The notes: generated from the letters alone by a model not told the origin. A stretch of DNA of 64,000 nucleotides from Desulfosoma sp. (GCA_037481835.1 JBBFKW010000010.1:1-64000), one strand, 5' to 3'; positions 9,320-18,824 are shown, numbered from the stretch's first letter. Translations and numbers: made by a program.

Positions 9320-9865
9320 GTGACCGTCCCGGCGAAGGAGAAAAAAGCTCCTACGGAAGAAAAGAAGGCCACCGCGGAAGAAAGGAAAGCCGCTGGGGCT
9401 GAACGGGTGGTCGCTGCGACGGAAAAGAAGGCATCCGAGGGCCGTGATGCCCCGAAGGATGCGGCTCCGGAACCCATCGTCGTCTCTGTGGCTTCCACCG
9501 AAGAAAAAATCCGGGCCTTTGTGGACCGGTACTGCCGCACCTATGCGCGGAAAGACCTGGACGGATTCCTGGGGCTTTTCGCCGCGGACGCCCTGGAAAA
9601 CGGAAAACCCATACGCTCCCTTCGGCCGCAGTATGAAGAAAATTTCGCCCGGACCGACCAATTGGCCTTTCGCATCTCCGTCGATCGGTGGGTTTGGACC
9701 GCAGGGGACGTGACGGTCCACGGCCGGTTCGACCTCAGGGCCCGTTTTAAGGACCACCGCGGTGTTCACTCCCAAGGGACGGTGACCTTGGGTGTGCATC
9801 CGGATGGGGACTCCTTCCGGGTGACGTGTTTGAATTACGCGTTTGCGAGCGCCGAGGAGTTTTGA
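9320..9865 (+). pseudogene. Probably 5'-truncated protein: Lys/Glu/Ala-rich linker plus NTF2/SnoaL-like domain
   Basis: Begins in a low-complexity linker; IRAFVDRYCRTYARKDLDGFLGLFAADALENG is NTF2-like; no convincing RBS. Confidence 0.55.
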
Positions 9866-9976
9866 GGGGGACGGAGCGTCGGGGTGAGGCGGGGGGTATC
9901 TCCGCTGGTTTGGAAGGGCGAGCGGTGTGTGTATTGAGGTTGGCTTGGCCCACCCCAGTCTACAGCGGAGGTTGGC

Positions 9977-10399
9977 TCACAGGTCCAGGGTCTCCACGAA
10001 GGCTTTGATTTCGTCGCGGACACGGCGGTAGTGGGCCATGGCTTCTTCTTCGGTGGCGGCCCCGGCGGCCAGAACCGGCGGGTCATCGAAGGGGACGTGG
10101 AGCCTTTTCGTCGCGGCGGGGAAAAAGGGACAGGATTCCTGGGCGTGGCCGCACAAGGTGATGACGTAATGGTAGTCTTGGGCGGGAAGCTCATCCACCG
10201 ATTTAGAGCGCTGCCCGCCAAGATCGATTCCCACTTCCGCCATGGCTTTCACAGCGCGGGGGTCGAGCCCCTTGGGATCCACCCCCGCTGAAAAGGCTTC
10301 GTACCGGTCTCCTTTAAGGGCCCTAGTCCAGGCTTCCGCCATCTGGCTTCGGCACGAATTTCCCGTGCACAGAAACAGGATGCGTTTGCGTTCGGCCAC
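9977..10399 (-). CDS. arsC: Arsenate reductase (LMW-PTP/thioredoxin type)
   Basis: ILFLCTGNSCRSQMAE P-loop, ITLC...CPFFP, FDDP; GTG start with GGAG RBS. Confidence 0.93.
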   Translation of the reverse strand: MAERKRILFLCTGNSCRSQMAEAWTRALKGDRYEAFSAGVDPKGLDPRAVKAMAEVGIDLGGQRSKSVDELPAQDYHYVITLCGHAQESCPFFPAATKRLHVPFDDPPVLAAGAATEEEAMAHYRRVRDEIKAFVETLDL

Positions 10400-10425
10400 G
10401 GTGTTCTCCCCCCTTTTGCGCGGCC

Positions 10426-10950
10426 TCAGCCATTGAGGTCGAAGGGTTCGAGGTAGGCCCGGAGCGCCTGGAGCTGTTCCGGGCTGAGATGCGGGCAGTG
10501 TTCCGGGCCGCGGCCCCCTTCGGCCACCTGCACGGCAAAGACGGTGCACGTGGGGTAGCCGCAGTCCTTGCAGTTGGTCTTGGGCAGGTGCTTGAGGATC
10601 GTGAACACCTGGGGCTTCTTGAGCGGCTCGTACTTGGGGGTGATTTCGGAGCGCTTTTCCCAGATGCTGTTGATTTCATCGCGGAGCCACTGGAGGATCT
10701 TGTCCGCTTCTTCCGGTTCCTTTAAGGCGTTGATGGCGATTTCCCGAGGGTGGACTGTGATGAGCTTGCCGTGGGCCTTGAAGGTCACCGACGGCGGTTC
10801 CCGCGTGAACTGGGATCCTCCCAGCACCGCATTGAGGTACGGGATGACCTCCCCCACGTCCTGATCCAAGTGCGCAATGCAATGGAGCGACTGGAAGCTG
10901 GGGTTGCACTCGGGTCGGAAAATTTCCTTTCGGTAACTGCGAAGCAACAT
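10426..10950 (-). CDS. (Fe-S)-binding protein with C-terminal FeS domain
   Basis: LPKTNCKDCGYPTCTVFA...CP motif. Confidence 0.85.
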   Translation of the reverse strand: MLLRSYRKEIFRPECNPSFQSLHCIAHLDQDVGEVIPYLNAVLGGSQFTREPPSVTFKAHGKLITVHPREIAINALKEPEEADKILQWLRDEINSIWEKRSEITPKYEPLKKPQVFTILKHLPKTNCKDCGYPTCTVFAVQVAEGGRGPEHCPHLSPEQLQALRAYLEPFDLNG

Positions 10951-11078
10951 ACGGCACCTCCTTTGTCGGGGTACCTTCCAGGTCGAAACGGCCCCGTTGC
11001 GCCGGACCGAAATCGCCGCGTCCGCGGGGTCGTTTCGAAAGAGAACCCGTCACACGCACCTCGGGGAAAAGATCCGCA

Positions 11079-11504
11079 TCAGCTGCAGCACGCAGGCCCG
11101 GAAGGCGCGTCCGTGGGAAGGTCCTTGCAGGCTTCCTTCACGGCCGCTTTGACTTTTTCCAGGGTTTCCCGTTCAAGCTGAAAGTTTTTGTTCTTTTCGA
11201 TCCCCAGGTCGGTGAGGACCACGTAGGCCTTCAGGGGCACGTGGGCATGTTCCAAGATGGCCTTGGCGCATCCGACCTGGCAGCCGTCGATGGCCACCAT
11301 GGCGGGAACGTCCTTGGCCGACTGGACAAAGCCCGAAAGATGCCCTCCGATGCCCGCCAGGCAAAACATCTTGCCGAAGCCTTCCACGGTGAGTTCCACC
11401 GCCGCCTGGTTGGACAGTTGGCCCACGTTGGACCCGCCCGAACAGGCAAGGATCATGACGTTGCCGCGCGGGGCGGCCCCCACTTCGCAACATTGTTCAG
11501 CCAT
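11079..11504 (-). CDS. DGC-domain putative zinc-binding protein
   Basis: ACSGGSNVGQ, MFCLAGIG, AIDGCQVGCA. Confidence 0.9.
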   Translation of the reverse strand: MAEQCCEVGAAPRGNVMILACSGGSNVGQLSNQAAVELTVEGFGKMFCLAGIGGHLSGFVQSAKDVPAMVAIDGCQVGCAKAILEHAHVPLKAYVVLTDLGIEKNKNFQLERETLEKVKAAVKEACKDLPTDAPSGPACCS

Positions 11505-11529
11505 GTCGCTCTTCTCCTTTCGACGACGG

Positions 11530-11769
11530 TCACGACGCCGCCTTGATCCACGAGAGGACTTCCTCCTTTTTTGGAATCTTGCCCACGGATTTCACTTCTC
11601 CGTTGATGACGACGGCCGGGGTGCCGAAGACCCCGTAGCTCGCAATTTCCATGGCGTCGGTGACGTGGCCCACCGAAACCTGCAACCCGGCTTCCGCCAC
11701 GGCTTCTTTGACGATGGCTTCCGTCTGCTGGCACTTTTTGCATCCCGGTCCGAGCACCTTGATGTCCAT
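11530..11769 (-). CDS. Small thioredoxin-family protein (MTH895/ArsE-like)
   Basis: IKVLGPGCKKC...YGVFGTPAVVING. Confidence 0.9.
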   Translation of the reverse strand: MDIKVLGPGCKKCQQTEAIVKEAVAEAGLQVSVGHVTDAMEIASYGVFGTPAVVINGEVKSVGKIPKKEEVLSWIKAAS

Positions 11770-11811
11770 GTGAGTCCTCCTGAGTTGGTGAAGCTTGTTG
11801 ATCTTTTTGAC

Positions 11812-12481
11812 CCCCTCACCCTGCCCTCTCCCCCTAAAGGGGGAGAGGGTATCAGAAGGGGCTACCCTCCATTTTGGGGAAAGAACACATCCTGGGAGCC
11901 TCCCCTCTTAGGGAAAGAACACATCCTGGGAGCCTCCCCTCTTAGGGAAAGAGCACATCCGGGAGACCACCCCCTTTTAGGAAAAGAACGCATCTAGGGG
12001 GGGCAAACCCCTCTTCTCCCCTTCTGGGCCCAAGGAACATCAGGGAGTGGGCCCTTTTTTCCCTCTCCCCCCCTCTAGGCCCGAGGGTAACCTCAAGGAG
12101 TAAGCCCTTTTCTCCCTTCTCCCCCCCCTCTAGGCCCAGAGGGTATCGTCAGGGAGTGGGCCCTTTTTTCCCCCTCTCCCCCCTTTGGGGGGAGAGGGCA
12201 GGGTGAGGGGGGCAGCCGCTCTCGTGCTCCCTCACCCCCCTTTAGACGATAGGGGCAACACGCAGGGTCAAACCCTTCTTTTGCTTCTGCCCCCCTGGGG
12301 CCCAAGGGTATCGTCAAGGAGTCAGCCCTCTTTCCCCTCTCCCCTTCTGGGCCCGAGGGTAACCTCAAGGAGTAAGCCCTTTTCTCCCTTCTCCCCCCCT
12401 CTAGGCCCAGAGGGTAACGTCAGGGAGTGGGCCCTTTTTTCCCTCTCCCCCCTTTGGGGGGAGAGGGCAGGGTGAGGGGGG
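11812..12481. repeat. Composite repeat patch: CCCTCACCC..CTCTCCC..GGGAGAGGG palindromes plus 34-bp and ~52-bp tandem units
   Basis: Palindrome at 11812-11849 (+), 12172-12211 and 12441-12480 (-); GGGAAAGAACACATCCTGGGAGCCTCCCCTCTTA x2 exact plus 2 degenerate at 11877-11995; repeated GGCCC..AGGGTA..TCARGGAGT units at 12020-12440. Confidence 0.9.
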
Positions 12482-12499
12482 CAGCCGCGCGGCAGCCCC

Positions 12500-13009
12500 T
12501 CACGATGCTGCGCTCTTCAGCGCCTGCACCAAACGTTTCTTCAGCTCCGGCTTGGGGGGCACCCGGCCGGAAAAAAGGACCTGCCGCCCTACCACCAAGG
12601 CGGGCACCCCCAGGATCCCCATTTCCCCAATGGCGACGGGATCCCGCACGTGATCCACACTGACCGAAATTTTTTCCTCGTTGAGGATGTCCATCACTGC
12701 GCGTTCCAGGGCGTCGCACTGGGCGCAGCCCGGCCCGACCACGAGAACCGACATCTCTTGCGGCGGCTCGTCTTCCGTGACGGGTTCTCCGACAAAGCGC
12801 TGCCATTCCCGGTACAGGGCCTTTGCGTAATCGGCCCGAGCCCCGGAAGGAATGTAATTGTCCTTGGCGAGAAGCTGCAGGAGGCTCTCCTTGATTTCAT
12901 CGGGGGATCGGCCTGCCTTGGCGCAGAGGGCCGTCTCCTGGAGCGCCTCATCCAAACCCACCAGGCCCACCGTCTGGGTGCCGATGCGAAGCTGCCGGAC
13001 CGACTTCAT
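12500..13009 (-). CDS. Thioredoxin-family protein with N-terminal extension
   Basis: VVGPGCAQC...GILGVPALVV; ATGA overlap with arsR. Confidence 0.85.
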   Translation of the reverse strand: MKSVRQLRIGTQTVGLVGLDEALQETALCAKAGRSPDEIKESLLQLLAKDNYIPSGARADYAKALYREWQRFVGEPVTEDEPPQEMSVLVVGPGCAQCDALERAVMDILNEEKISVSVDHVRDPVAIGEMGILGVPALVVGRQVLFSGRVPPKPELKKRLVQALKSAAS

Positions 13010-13368
13010 GCCCCTCCTCCCGCCTGCCTGGAACAAATGGCCCCGCGATCCAATCGGGGGACCTTGTGCAAGACGGCCTGGATTTCAGGATCGTCATTCA
13101 GCCAGTGCTTGAGGCTCCCGAGAAGCATGGCCGCATAGGGGCTGCTCTGGCCGTCGGCGGGCCGGTAGTTGACCCACAGGCCGTCCTTTCGCTTTTCCAC
13201 GAGCCCTGCATCTTCCAGGATCTTAAGATGCTTGGATACGGTCGGCTGCGCCAGCCCGAGACCCGCTTGAATCTCGCAGACGCATAGTTCGCGGCGGTTG
13301 AGCATCTTCAAGATTTTCACCCGGTTGGGATCGGACAGAGCCTTCATGACCCGTATGAATTCCTTCAT
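13006..13368 (-). CDS. arsR: ArsR/SmtB transcriptional repressor
   Basis: KALSDPNRVKI, ELCVCEI box, SKHLKIL; GGAGG RBS. Confidence 0.93.
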   Translation of the reverse strand: MKEFIRVMKALSDPNRVKILKMLNRRELCVCEIQAGLGLAQPTVSKHLKILEDAGLVEKRKDGLWVNYRPADGQSSPYAAMLLGSLKHWLNDDPEIQAVLHKVPRLDRGAICSRQAGGGA

Positions 13369-13382
13369 GGCGCCTCCTACCG

Positions 13383-13426
13383 CTACATTGCGATATGGTA
13401 ATATAACATTCCATGTCGCCCGTCAA
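13383..13426 (-). promoter_or_regulatory. arsR promoter and putative operator
   Basis: TTGACG (13426-13421) upstream of TATATT-N10-AATGTA (13383-13406). Confidence 0.6.
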
Positions 13427-13515
13427 GCCCCTCGCCGCTGCGGCCGTTCCTGCAGCGTCGAAACACCGTGCAGGAGGATGCCGACCTGATCACGGCGCTT
13501 CCAAAAGGTCGCTCC

Positions 13516-16416
13516 TTACAGGAGCTGGGTGATGCGGAGCCGCTCGCTCAGGGGCTGCAGCGATTCCCAGGAGCCCAGAACCACCACCCGCCCCTTGTCC
13601 CGAAGGACTTCCAGGAATTGCCCGAAGGCCCGGAAATCGGCCGGCGTGGTCCCCAGGACCTCCTCGCGCATGCGTTGGCGCGCCTCGTCATCGTCTCCCG
13701 TAAGGCGCCGCACAAAGGACGTAAACCCCTTGGCATCCGGCAACAGATGCCGGTCCAGATCGCCGATGACACCAATAATGGCCTTGGTGAGTTCGTCTTC
13801 GTGGAGGCTGAGTGTTTTCAGGAAATCCGCGCATCGGTCGTAGGTCTCCAGGGTCTTTTCCACGTTGGGGTCCCTGTAGGAGACGAGGGCGAAGTCGCCG
13901 GAAAAGCGCTCCAGTTGGCTGAAAGCGCCGTAAGCGCCCCCCTGGACCCGCACGCGGTCCCACAGGTAGGCCGTGCGCAGGTAATGGCTCACCACGAGGG
14001 CCGATCCCCGAAACCGAAAGCCCGCCTCGCGTAGATCCGCCCCTTTGGCCACGTAGTTTACATGGACCGGGCTCGTAAAGCCTTCGTCGGCAGGCAGAGG
14101 ATCGGGCCGCCACGGGGCCGGAGGCACCGCACGACGGGGGACGCTCGACACCAAGGCTTGCACGGAACCGGCGGCTTTGTCCCAGGAAGGCCCATCCACG
14201 GTCACATTGACCCGAAGCCCCCGTGAGGTCAGGACGCAGCGGCGGACTTCTTCCAGATCCGCCACAACGCCGTCCCAGTCGGATTCCACCCGCTGGGCGA
14301 GTCTTCTCAGGAAAAAGAGGGATTCGATCCCCTTCATCTTTTCTTCGACCCAATGGGCCCGATGGAAACGCGCCTTGAGCCTTCTTGCGGCAAACCGGTG
14401 GCCTTCGGGAATGAGGTGCGCTTCTTTGCGGGCTTTGGATTCCAGAAGGATCTGGCGGAAACGGTCTCGCCGGTCCAGGCGAACCCCGGTGACCATATCC
14501 TGCAGGAGGGCGCAGAGGTCCGGCACTTGGCGGACGAGGGCCTTGCCCCGAAGGAAGAGCCACGCTCCGGGGGTTTCCCCGTCGGCGCACACGGCCGTGC
14601 TTGTCTGGACAAAAATGCCTCCGGTCTTTCGGCTGATGCGCTCATTGAGGGTGGCGTAATCTTCCTTGTCGGTGCCCATTTCCAGGAGGGCGCGGCCAAA
14701 AAGCGGCACGTAGCTTAAAAGGTCTGCGGGAACGCCCGAAAGGTCGAAGGCCAGGTCCAGGTAGAAGATGCCGTTGGTGAAAAGATCGTGGGTGAGCACG
14801 GGCACGCCGGCCAGGTGTTCTTCCTCGGCCGGAATCTTCTTGGTTTCCCGGTCCAGGTCTTCCAGGCGCAGCCGGGGGATGGCGGCCAGGGCTTCCGGGG
14901 GATCGGGCGTTTCCTGAAGTCGGCGAAGGGTTTCGGTTTCTTCCACGATCCGTTGGATGTCCTCACGGGACAGAGCGGCTTTCACGGCGGCCAAGGCCCG
15001 CGCTTCTTCCGCCTTGAGGCGCTCTTCCAGGGTCGTGTCCGGTTCCAGGAAGAGGGTCGCCCGATGGCGGTTCTCCACCCAGTACCGGGTCAGCAGACCT
15101 TCCAGGTAACGGTTTGCGGCCAGGGCTTTTTCCTTGACGGCGGCCAGAGGCTTTTCGAAGGCCACCAAGGCCAGGGGATCGCCGTCGTAGAGCCACGTGG
15201 AAAGGGCGCGCAGCATGAGGGCAAGGCCTCGGGGAAACTGGCCCGTATTGTTTTCGCGAAGACGAAATTCCACCGTGTTGAGGGCCGCTTCCACGGTTTC
15301 CCGGGGGATGCCCTTTTCGGCCAGGTCTTCCAAAACCCGGAGCACGAGCGCTTCCACCCGTTCCATGTTTTCCGGGGCGACGCCCTTGAGGCCCGTGGAA
15401 AACATCATCTGGCGCAGTTCCCCTTCGAGGCCCACACCCGATAGGTCTTCGCCCAGCCCCGATTCGATGAGGGCGCGCCGGAGGGGCGAGCCGGGCATGC
15501 CGAGCAGGATGTATTCCAGCACGTGGAGGGCCAGGTTCGTTTCGGCGGGTTCGGTGGGCGCGAGCAGCCAGTTGACCGTGACCATGGCCTTGGGAGGCTG
15601 ATCCTTGCCCACGGCGTAGGTCTTGGCGACGCGCCGGGGTTCGGGAAAGGGGCGCTGCAGGGCAATGGTGCTGTCCACCGGCAGGTGTCGAAAATCCTTG
15701 AGGACTTCCTGGAGAATCTGGAGGCGCTTTTGGGGATCATCGTCGCCGTAAAAGTAAAACCACGCGTTGGAAGGGTGATAGAAGGTCTCGTGAAAGGCTT
15801 TGAATTGTTCGTAGGTCAGGGAGGGGATCACCCGAGGGTCCCCGCCGGAATCCAACCCATAGGGGGTGTCCGGAAACAGGCTCTGTTGGCTGTATTCGAC
15901 GACGAGCCGGTCCGGGGAGGAATAGGCCCCGCGCATTTCGTTGTAGACGACCCCCTTGTAGGTCAAGGGATCGTCCGGGTTTTCCAGTTCGTAATGCCAG
16001 CCTTCCTGTTTGAAGATCCAGGGCGTGATCTTGGGATAAAAGACCGCGTCCAGATATACGTCGATGAGGTTGTAGAAATCCTGGTGGTTTTGGCTGGCCA
16101 CGGGGTAACAGGTCTTGTCCGGGTAAGTGAACGCGTTGAGAAAGGTTTGGAGCGAGCCTTTCAAAAGTTCCACGAAGGGTTCCTTGACAGGGTACTTGCG
16201 CGAGCCACAGAGGACGGAATGTTCCAGAATATGGGGAAGTCCCGTGGCATCCTTGGGCGGCGTTCGGAAGGTCACGCCGAAGACCTTGTTTTCGTCGTCG
16301 TTTTCCATGGAAAGGATCCGGGCCCCCGTCGGTTCATGGGAATAGATCTTGGCGAGAGTCTTGATCTCTTCGATGAACACTTCCCGATCCAGTCGAAAAT
16401 CGCCCCATTGCGACAT
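13516..16416 (-). CDS. M16C metallopeptidase (presequence protease/insulinase family)
   Basis: HILEHSVLCGSRKYPVKEPF (HXXEH), GVVYNEM, RVQGGAYG, SYRDPN. Confidence 0.95.
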   Translation of the reverse strand: MSQWGDFRLDREVFIEEIKTLAKIYSHEPTGARILSMENDDENKVFGVTFRTPPKDATGLPHILEHSVLCGSRKYPVKEPFVELLKGSLQTFLNAFTYPDKTCYPVASQNHQDFYNLIDVYLDAVFYPKITPWIFKQEGWHYELENPDDPLTYKGVVYNEMRGAYSSPDRLVVEYSQQSLFPDTPYGLDSGGDPRVIPSLTYEQFKAFHETFYHPSNAWFYFYGDDDPQKRLQILQEVLKDFRHLPVDSTIALQRPFPEPRRVAKTYAVGKDQPPKAMVTVNWLLAPTEPAETNLALHVLEYILLGMPGSPLRRALIESGLGEDLSGVGLEGELRQMMFSTGLKGVAPENMERVEALVLRVLEDLAEKGIPRETVEAALNTVEFRLRENNTGQFPRGLALMLRALSTWLYDGDPLALVAFEKPLAAVKEKALAANRYLEGLLTRYWVENRHRATLFLEPDTTLEERLKAEEARALAAVKAALSREDIQRIVEETETLRRLQETPDPPEALAAIPRLRLEDLDRETKKIPAEEEHLAGVPVLTHDLFTNGIFYLDLAFDLSGVPADLLSYVPLFGRALLEMGTDKEDYATLNERISRKTGGIFVQTSTAVCADGETPGAWLFLRGKALVRQVPDLCALLQDMVTGVRLDRRDRFRQILLESKARKEAHLIPEGHRFAARRLKARFHRAHWVEEKMKGIESLFFLRRLAQRVESDWDGVVADLEEVRRCVLTSRGLRVNVTVDGPSWDKAAGSVQALVSSVPRRAVPPAPWRPDPLPADEGFTSPVHVNYVAKGADLREAGFRFRGSALVVSHYLRTAYLWDRVRVQGGAYGAFSQLERFSGDFALVSYRDPNVEKTLETYDRCADFLKTLSLHEDELTKAIIGVIGDLDRHLLPDAKGFTSFVRRLTGDDDEARQRMREEVLGTTPADFRAFGQFLEVLRDKGRVVVLGSWESLQPLSERLRITQLL

Positions 16417-16607
16417 GGGAAAAACCTCCTCGTCGTGTCCGTGTCGTGCCTGTCAAAGTTGCACGGCGCCCGCACCGCCGGGCGCCGTTTGCGTGGGCCG
16501 CGTTTAACGGTTTAAGGCCGATAAGAACCGTGGTAAGGAAGGAAGGTACCCAGGGCGGGAGGCAAAGAAAAGGTTTTTTCTGGGGCGTGCGGTTCACTCT
16601 CTCATCC

Positions 16608-17618
16608 ATGCGGCGGCAGCGGGTCCGCCGCCGGGCTCTACAGCGGAGGCGCAAGGTGGGTCGGGGTGTTGCCTGGAACCTGAAGAAGACGTCCCTTTTG
16701 TGGGCGGCTGCGGCGGCTTTGGTCTGGATCGGCGGCGAAGCCCAAGGCGCCCGGGCCGCAGACCCTTTTTTCGGCGTGCGCAAGCTCTTGGAAGCGGAAG
16801 GATGCCCCCAGCCGTCGTTGGAGAGGGTCTTTTCCGACATGGGTCATCCTTTGTACGGGAACGTCGTCCTTTCCATGAAGATTCGCGAAAGCGCCCTCAA
16901 CTACGACGCCTTCCTGGAACCGGCGGTCTTGGCCCGAGCCCGGGATTTTTGGGACACCCATGAAGAAACCCTGCAGCGCATCAGTTCGACCTATGGGGTG
17001 GACCCTTCAATCATCGTGGCCGTCCTTTTGGTGGAAACCCGCCTGGGTCAAAACACCGGGTCGCACCCCGTGGCGACAACGCTCGCCACCTTCGCGCTCA
17101 TGCTGGACCCGGCCGAGCGCGATCGCGTCTGGCGGATGCTTACAGAAAACGACCGGGCTCGATGGACCAGAGCCCGCTTCGACGCCAAATTGCAGCAGCG
17201 GGCCTCCTGGGCTCTTGGGGAACTGAGGGCCCTTCTTGCGCTGGTCGATAAGGGCTACGCGGATGCCGCCCGCTGGCGCGGCTCCTACATGGCGGCCGTG
17301 GGGTGGCCCCAGTTCCTTCCTTCCAGCCTCCTTCACTACGGAGCGGACGGCGACGGCGACGGCTTCGTGGACCTCTATTCCCCGCCTGACGCCTTCGCCA
17401 GCGTGGCGCGATACCTCAAGGCCAACGGCTGGAAAAACGATGCACCATGGGAGCACCAGGAAAAGGTCATCCTCCGATACAACAACAGCCGCCCCTACGC
17501 GGGAACCATCTTGGAAGCCGCCCGCCGATTGCGAGAATCCCGGGCGGCCGCCCGAGGCCCGGCGCCGGAAGAAGACCCCGCAATGAAGGACCCCATCTCA
17601 CGGCAGCCCTCCTCGTAG
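16608..17618 (+). CDS. mltB: Lytic murein transglycosylase, MltB family (start uncertain)
   Basis: LLVETRLG catalytic Glu, GSYMAAVGWPQFLPSS, DGDGDGFVDL, YNNSRPY; signal-peptide-like segment near 16680. Confidence 0.85.
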   Translation: MRRQRVRRRALQRRRKVGRGVAWNLKKTSLLWAAAAALVWIGGEAQGARAADPFFGVRKLLEAEGCPQPSLERVFSDMGHPLYGNVVLSMKIRESALNYDAFLEPAVLARARDFWDTHEETLQRISSTYGVDPSIIVAVLLVETRLGQNTGSHPVATTLATFALMLDPAERDRVWRMLTENDRARWTRARFDAKLQQRASWALGELRALLALVDKGYADAARWRGSYMAAVGWPQFLPSSLLHYGADGDGDGFVDLYSPPDAFASVARYLKANGWKNDAPWEHQEKVILRYNNSRPYAGTILEAARRLRESRAAARGPAPEEDPAMKDPISRQPSS

Positions 17619-17829
17619 GCGGGACCAGACGTAGGTTGGGGTGAGCGCAGCGAACCCCAACAAAGCGGGAACCATCTTGGAAGCCGCCCGCCGATTGCGA
17701 GAATCCCGGGCGGCCGCCCGAGGCCCGGCGCCGGAAGAAGGCCCCGCGCTGAAGGCCCCCATCTCCCGGCAGCCTCCTCGTAGGCGGGACCAGACGTAGG
17801 TTGGGGTGAGCACAGCGAACCCCAACAAA
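17499..17829 (+). repeat. ~165-bp tandem duplication of the mltB 3' end plus a GTAG REP
   Basis: 17499-17664 and 17665-17829 nearly identical; each ends in a REP (17631-17662, 17796-17827). Confidence 0.92.
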
Positions 17830-17874
17830 AAACCCCTTGCCTATCCGTTGACTCCGTCATGGATAGGCAAGGGG
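17827..17874 (-). terminator. Intrinsic terminator for coaD
   Basis: 14-bp stem CCCCTTGCCTATCC / GGATAGGCAAGGGG with U-tract on the minus strand. Confidence 0.75.
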
Positions 17875-17876
17875 AT

Positions 17877-18380
17877 TTAATGGCGCGACCCTCCGCACAG
17901 GCGTTCGATCAATTTCTTTTCCACGACGTCGGGGACCAGCCCCTTGACGTCGCCGCCCGAGACGACCACTTCCTTGATGATTCGCGAACTGATGTAAATC
18001 CAACGCATGCCGGTCATGAGGTAGAGCGTTTCGATGTTGTTGTTCAGTTTGCGGTTCATGAGGGCCATCTGGAACTCGTATTCAAAGTCACTCACCGCCC
18101 GAAGGCCCCTCAAGATGGCGCGAGCCCCCACGCGATCCACGTAATTGACCAACAGACCGTCGAAGGTGTCCACGTCGATGCGGCTCGCCAGGGGATGCCC
18201 GACCAGGGAGCCGCGGATCATTTCCATCCGCTCTTCCAGGGAAAACAGGGGATTCTTGGCGGGATTGCTGGCAACGGCAATGATCACGCGATCGAAGATT
18301 TTCAGCGCCCGCTCGAGAAGATCCAGATGTCCGTTGGTGATGGGATCGAAAGAACCCGGATAGACCGCCAGCTTGTCCAT
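17877..18380 (-). CDS. coaD: Phosphopantetheine adenylyltransferase
   Basis: YPGSFDPITNGHLD, RGLRAVSDFEYE, ISSRIIKE. Confidence 0.97.
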   Translation of the reverse strand: MDKLAVYPGSFDPITNGHLDLLERALKIFDRVIIAVASNPAKNPLFSLEERMEMIRGSLVGHPLASRIDVDTFDGLLVNYVDRVGARAILRGLRAVSDFEYEFQMALMNRKLNNNIETLYLMTGMRWIYISSRIIKEVVVSGGDVKGLVPDVVEKKLIERLCGGSRH

Positions 18381-18471
18381 GCCCCCTCCTTGACGTCCTC
18401 CACGTTGTTTCCCAAAACTGTCCTGTCGACCCGAAAGGAAGGGAGGAACATAGCGCCTCGGCTTAAGAAAG

Positions 18472-18786
18472 TCAAAGACTAGACTTGTCGTCCAACGGGA
18501 CCACGGTGAGGGTCAAGGATCGCGCCTTCGTGATGCGGACCCGATCTCCCGGGGAGATACGGGCGTCACTTTGCGCCTTCCATCGTTCCCCCTGGACCAT
18601 GACCGTTCCCGCGCCGTTTTCCCATTCCAGCACACGCGCCGTCCTGCCCACAAGGGATTCAAGGCCCGTAAGGGCGGAGCGGCCGCGCATTTTCCATCGG
18701 AAAAGCACAGGCACAATCACGTGCTCGCACACTTCATAGGCCAAAACAGCGAAGACGATCCCCAAGAGGACCTGTTTCCCATCCAT
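18472..18786 (-). CDS. NfeD-family small membrane protein
   Basis: N-terminal TM then TGLESLVGRTARV...GTVMVQGERWKA OB-fold. Confidence 0.8.
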   Translation of the reverse strand: MDGKQVLLGIVFAVLAYEVCEHVIVPVLFRWKMRGRSALTGLESLVGRTARVLEWENGAGTVMVQGERWKAQSDARISPGDRVRITKARSLTLTVVPLDDKSSL

Positions 18787-18824
18787 GGTCGGCGTCGGCT
18801 CTCGAAGCCTGGTTCGGAACGTGT

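Noticed and set aside
11060..11090. Selenocysteine readthrough at the DGC protein end (CCS-TGA-C)
   Set aside because: Readthrough would run out of frame into the next gene, the domain is already complete, and no clear SECIS hairpin was seen.
11877..12440. Possible CRISPR array
   Set aside because: Units are contiguous tandem repeats with no unique spacers, and there are no cas genes in the window.
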